This document shows, piece after piece, positions 60,361 through 64,000 of a stretch of DNA of 64,000 nt. The position numbers and the translations under genes are program-made. Source of the stretch: Ostreococcus lucimarinus (Eukaryota); the NCBI GenBank assembly GCA_000092065.1, contig CP000585.1, one strand, 5' to 3'. Below the pieces are notes generated by a model. That model was not told the DNA's origin. It made no database searches and saw nothing but the letters and a program-made list of their open reading frames with translations. Position 1 is the stretch's first letter; each line of letters opens with the position of its first letter.

Positions 60361-62844
60361 ATGTCGCGCGACGGAAGCGCGCCGACGCGAAACGAGACGT
60401 CGAGGGCGACGATGGCGTTCGCGGCGGCGATGCGCGCGGACGAGGCGAGCGACGAGGCGCGAGCGGCGGCGGGGAGGGCGCTGCGGGACGCGCTGGCGCG
60501 AGGCGCGGAGACGAACGGACGCGAGACGAGACGCGTGGTCGAGGGCGTGCGCGCGGGGCTGGCGCGGGGAGGGCGCGCGCGGACGGATGCGTTCGATGCG
60601 TTCGGGGCGGCGTGCTGCGCGGTGAGGGGAGAGACGTTCGGGGAAGAGGTGGCGGCGGAGGTGGCGACGCGCGCGAGCTCGAGCGACGCGGGCGACGACG
60701 CGAGTCACGTCGCGAAAGGGCTCGAGGCGTTGCGGTTTTACGTGCTACAGTGGGACGGGAGGAGTGCGGCGATGACCGCGGCTGTGGTGGCGTCGATCGC
60801 GCCCGCGGTGAAGTTTGCGGCGAAATCGATCGACGCGAGGGAAACCGCGGCGCCTTCGGAAGCGGCGACGCAAGCGGCGCTGTTCCTCGCGACCGTGTGC
60901 GTAGTGTGCGGAGACGTGGACGAATTGCGCGAAGGTTGGCGAGCAAAGGCGCGCGGCGTCCTCGACGCGGCGCCGATTTCCGTCCAAACATTGCTCGGGC
61001 CGCGCGCGAGTCGCGCCTCGCGCGCGTCGGCGAACGAGGCGGCGAGGCGCGCGCTCCGCCGCATCGCGCAAGTCACGGCGCCCGTCGAAGTTTCGCCCGC
61101 CGCCGTCGCCGAGCCATCATTGCGAGAGTCGTCGCCGGCGCCGGCGCTGGCGATGAACGATCCCGTGACACCGTTGCCGCCTTCGCGAGACGCTTCGGCG
61201 TCGGCGTCGCCTTCGACGTCCGACGACTCGCGCAAAGCTCCCGCGGCGGACGCTTCGTTCGCGACACGGCGGCACTTCGACTGCACGATGTTGGCCGAAC
61301 CACTTGACGCAAACGTGACCGTCGACGCGATGTTTTCGTACCAAATTGATGGCATGTGCGCGTATTCAGAGGCTTTCTGCGACACTCTCGTGGCGGCGGC
61401 GAAGTGGGTTCGCAAATGTAGAGCGACGTTACGGCGAAGCACACTGCTTAAGCTGAATTCGACAAGTAACAGAGCGATCGAGCACGCGCTCAGGGTAGTT
61501 TTAGACGCGAACGTGCTCGCGTTGACGAGCTTGACGCGGCTGGCGAAGATGGTCGGCGAGCGAAAGCTTTTGCTTGCGAATCGAGATAAGGCTTTCATCG
61601 CTTCAAAGAACGTTGAGGCTTGGGTTCACAGCGGTTTTGCGCTTCTCAGAAGCGCGGCGCGGCAAGATTTAGGCCTTAGTGCTTTCGCAGTCGTCGCGCT
61701 CGCGACACATGAGCCGAGCAGTAGATATAAAAGCTTGGGTGCCAATCACGGCTTCCCTGGCGCAATTTCGGCGCGGATGGCGTTTCTTCGATGGTCGCGC
61801 GTCATGTACGCGCACAGAGCCGAGGCAAAAGCCGAACTTCTGGCGTTGGTGCATTACGAGCAAACGCTCATGACGAAAGCATTTCGTACGTTGAGCGAGT
61901 ATGCACCGTATCATCGTCAACAAGCAAACGCGCTCGCATTGAAGTTTGGTTTGCGGTGGCGAGCTAACGCTCAGTTGAGTCGCGACCGCGAGCCGTTCGA
62001 ACACACCTTTGGCATCACTACGCCGTTATCGCAGCGATCATCGACGGCGCGCTCTTTGTCTCAGCACCATGGCGCATCTTCAGTACCGTGGGCGCCGTCC
62101 GTCGGCGCGCTGGGTAGTTCGCGTGCAAAAACGCGCCGCACTCGAAGCGTCGTGAGTCGAAGTTCGTACAAGTCGATCGGTGACGAAGGTGAGATTTTGG
62201 ACTTCGACGTCCCGCACATCGTCTTCAACGAATCGCAAACAATCATGTATGAGGCGTTCCAAGCGTGGATCGATCACACGTACGAACAGCTTCTCACCGG
62301 GCCGAGTTTGGTGGCGAAGGAGCACAGGCGCGCGGTATTGTTGCGCAAATCCTTTAAAGCCATGCGTCGATACGTAGTTCGAAGCGTCGGCGTGCGCGAA
62401 AAAGCCGTCGCGATCGAAGTCGCGGTCAATAAGCTGGACTTTTACGTATGCGGCGGAGCCGCCTTCCGCAAATGGGTCGCTGGCGTTAGATACATCAAGC
62501 GTCTGTACACCTTCGTCGACGGCGAAGTCGAGCGATGGCGAAACGAGCTTCGCGTGAATTGCTTCCGCGCCTGGCGCGAAGTAGCGGCTTCGGGCGCACG
62601 AACGACGCTCTGGGAAGAACAAACGTGGGCAGATATCACGCCGAAGCTCGAGCACAACCGTCGTCGCGTGTGGTTGCGGCGATGGGTCAACGCAACTCAA
62701 GCGTCGCTGGAAGAACGATTCGCTGAGGCGCGAACGTGGAGACGACGACGCTTGCTTCTTGCCTGGCGAACCGTCGCCGGCGAGCTCGTGGTGAAACGAA
62801 TGGTGGCAGATACTATAGACAAACTCGCGCGATTAGAAACATAA
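60361..62844 (+). CDS. Hypothetical 827-aa protein; C-terminal third has repeated Trp-containing basic heptad-like units (FRKWVAGVR, ERWRNELRVNCFRAWRE, RRVWLRRWVNA, RTWRRRRLLLAWRTV)
   Basis: ATG at 60361. Long uninterrupted ORF with protein-like composition. The repeats are loosely reminiscent of Sfi1-type centrin-binding repeats, which is a weak inference. Confidence 0.45.
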   Translation: MSRDGSAPTRNETSRATMAFAAAMRADEASDEARAAAGRALRDALARGAETNGRETRRVVEGVRAGLARGGRARTDAFDAFGAACCAVRGETFGEEVAAEVATRASSSDAGDDASHVAKGLEALRFYVLQWDGRSAAMTAAVVASIAPAVKFAAKSIDARETAAPSEAATQAALFLATVCVVCGDVDELREGWRAKARGVLDAAPISVQTLLGPRASRASRASANEAARRALRRIAQVTAPVEVSPAAVAEPSLRESSPAPALAMNDPVTPLPPSRDASASASPSTSDDSRKAPAADASFATRRHFDCTMLAEPLDANVTVDAMFSYQIDGMCAYSEAFCDTLVAAAKWVRKCRATLRRSTLLKLNSTSNRAIEHALRVVLDANVLALTSLTRLAKMVGERKLLLANRDKAFIASKNVEAWVHSGFALLRSAARQDLGLSAFAVVALATHEPSSRYKSLGANHGFPGAISARMAFLRWSRVMYAHRAEAKAELLALVHYEQTLMTKAFRTLSEYAPYHRQQANALALKFGLRWRANAQLSRDREPFEHTFGITTPLSQRSSTARSLSQHHGASSVPWAPSVGALGSSRAKTRRTRSVVSRSSYKSIGDEGEILDFDVPHIVFNESQTIMYEAFQAWIDHTYEQLLTGPSLVAKEHRRAVLLRKSFKAMRRYVVRSVGVREKAVAIEVAVNKLDFYVCGGAAFRKWVAGVRYIKRLYTFVDGEVERWRNELRVNCFRAWREVAASGARTTLWEEQTWADITPKLEHNRRRVWLRRWVNATQASLEERFAEARTWRRRRLLLAWRTVAGELVVKRMVADTIDKLARLET

Positions 62845-62858
62845 TGTAAAACAGAGAT

Positions 62859-63755
62859 CTAGTTGTTGAACTTGCGCGGCTTGGTCGGATACAGCGGCTC
62901 GCGAGGCGTGTTGATGCACCAAATCCCCCATACGAGCGTCGTGGCGATGGTCAACCACACGGCCAACGGCGCGATAACGTATCCCGCGGTGGGCACCACC
63001 TTGTAGTACTGGTACACCACGTTATACGCCGATCCGACGACGAAGAGCACGCCGACGGCGGCCACTCCGAGTTTCTTCTCGACGTTGTTGATGCTGTTCC
63101 ACGTGTCGCCGATGGATAGATGCGCCACGAGCGCCAATATGGCCGGGTGCGTCACCACTCCGGTTTGCGCGAACACCAACATCGTCGATAACGCGCGCAA
63201 AAATCCCATAGATATCCAAACCAACGGGAACACGATCGCCGGCGGCGTCCACGACGGTCGCTTCTTCTGCTTCTTCGCCAACCGCTCGTTCGCAATCTTC
63301 GGTCTCGACGCGTTCAGCGGCGAAAACACCCGCGAGCGAAACGCCAGCATGAAAAACATCACCGCCACGATCGCTTTCGCCGCGCCGAGGTTCGTCGCGT
63401 GCAGGCTCGCCAACGCGTACTTTTGCGCCGCCGCGAGCGCGAGCGCGATCCCCCCAACCTCCGCGCACGTCGCCAGCGCGTACTTCACCAGCGCCAGCGC
63501 GTCCACGTCTCCAGTGCGCACGACCCACGCATCGATCCACGCCTGCGCGCGTCGCGCGCGATCGAGCGTCGCCGCGTCTTTGGGCGAGCGCGACATGAAC
63601 GCCGTCCCCGGCCCTCCTCGAAAAGACACGCTCCCGACGCTCGCGCGCGCCGCGCCGGCGCCGGCGCCGCGTCGCGCGCGTCGCGCCTTCGTTCGCGTCG
63701 TCAGCGCCGCGGGCGCGCCGCGAAACGCGCCGCGCGCCGTCGCGAGGGCGTCCAT
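62859..63755 (-). CDS. TspO/MBR (translocator protein) family membrane protein with N-terminal extension
   Basis: ATG at 63755..63753 (the track start is GTG). An alternative ATG lies at 63596. TspO signature FPLVWISMGFLRA...HLSIGDTWN...VIAPLAVWLTIATTLVWGIWCIN. Confidence 0.65.
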   Translation of the reverse strand: MDALATARGAFRGAPAALTTRTKARRARRGAGAGAARASVGSVSFRGGPGTAFMSRSPKDAATLDRARRAQAWIDAWVVRTGDVDALALVKYALATCAEVGGIALALAAAQKYALASLHATNLGAAKAIVAVMFFMLAFRSRVFSPLNASRPKIANERLAKKQKKRPSWTPPAIVFPLVWISMGFLRALSTMLVFAQTGVVTHPAILALVAHLSIGDTWNSINNVEKKLGVAAVGVLFVVGSAYNVVYQYYKVVPTAGYVIAPLAVWLTIATTLVWGIWCINTPREPLYPTKPRKFNN

Positions 63756-64000
63756 CGGTCGTCGCGCGCTGAAGTGTGGATAACGACGCGCGCGCGCGCG
63801 CCGCACAGCTCGACGCGCGCGCGCGCTCGAACGCGCCGTCGGATCGACGAGACATCGCGCGCGCACATGTCGCGCGCGCTCGCGGACGCGCGCGCGCCTC
63901 GGAGCGCGCGCGCGAGCGTCGCGCGCGCGCGCGGCGGGAAACCTCGTCGCGGTCGCGCGACGCCGAACGCGTCGCCGCGCGCGGGCGCGCGCGCGGGCGC

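Noticed and set aside
1-64000. Prokaryotic interpretations (operons, CRISPR, alternative-start genes) suggested by the ORF-track style
   Set aside because: The proteins are unmistakably eukaryotic: ribosomal L35, MPP10, SNF2, MCM9, HECT, PCIF1, Mei2, LHC, and mitochondrial CS with a presequence. Introns with GT..CTGAC..AG structure are present, as is a UGA-Sec GPx of the eukaryotic type. No repeat-spacer arrays exist.

Overview
This 64 kb window is eukaryotic nuclear DNA, not prokaryotic. It is extremely GC-rich and gene-dense, with about 40 protein-coding genes (roughly one per 1.6 kb), short intergenic regions and a few short GTG...CTGAC...CAG introns. That style matches a Mamiellophyceae green alga of the Micromonas or Ostreococcus type; the species assignment is an inference. 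The supplied ORF track was built with bacterial-style alternative start codons (GTG/TTG shown as M), so many of its N-termini and all the Arg/Ala-rich antisense ORFs are artefacts. I re-derived ATG starts by reading the sequence. Recognisable genes include the following.

- A DUF89 (ARMT1-like) damage-control phosphatase fused to fructose-1,6-bisphosphatase.
- A CNBD-type voltage-gated K+ channel, MPP10, ribosomal protein L35, DnaJ, YebC/TACO1, a CNNM metal transporter, an ELIP-like protein and a PCIF1-like cap m6Am methyltransferase.
- A YchJ SEC-C protein, a selenocysteine glutathione peroxidase (in-frame TGA), L2HGDH, a 2OG-Fe(II) oxygenase, a TBC RabGAP, a Fun30/SMARCAD1 SNF2 ATPase, an SLC17/PHT4-like MFS transporter and a small cupin.
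- A plastidic phosphate translocator, a three-exon RRM-WW protein, a protein kinase, a Mei2-like protein, PHO88/Snd3, MCM9, a HECT E3 ligase and asparagine synthetase.
- A BMT5-like methyltransferase, a HAD-IIIA phosphatase, mitochondrial citrate synthase, a five-repeat Myb (SNAPC4-like) protein, an LHCSR-like LHC and TSPO.

No rRNA, tRNA, CRISPR or transposon was found. Points worth a second look are the DUF89-FBPase fusion, the selenoprotein GPx, the PCIF1 homologue, the reconstructed intron structures with a shared CTGACGA branch motif, pervasive head-to-head gene pairs (12 pairs), overlapping 3' ends, tandem C-box and palindromic repeats upstream of the LHC gene, and a mosaic micro-duplication of the kinase start region.
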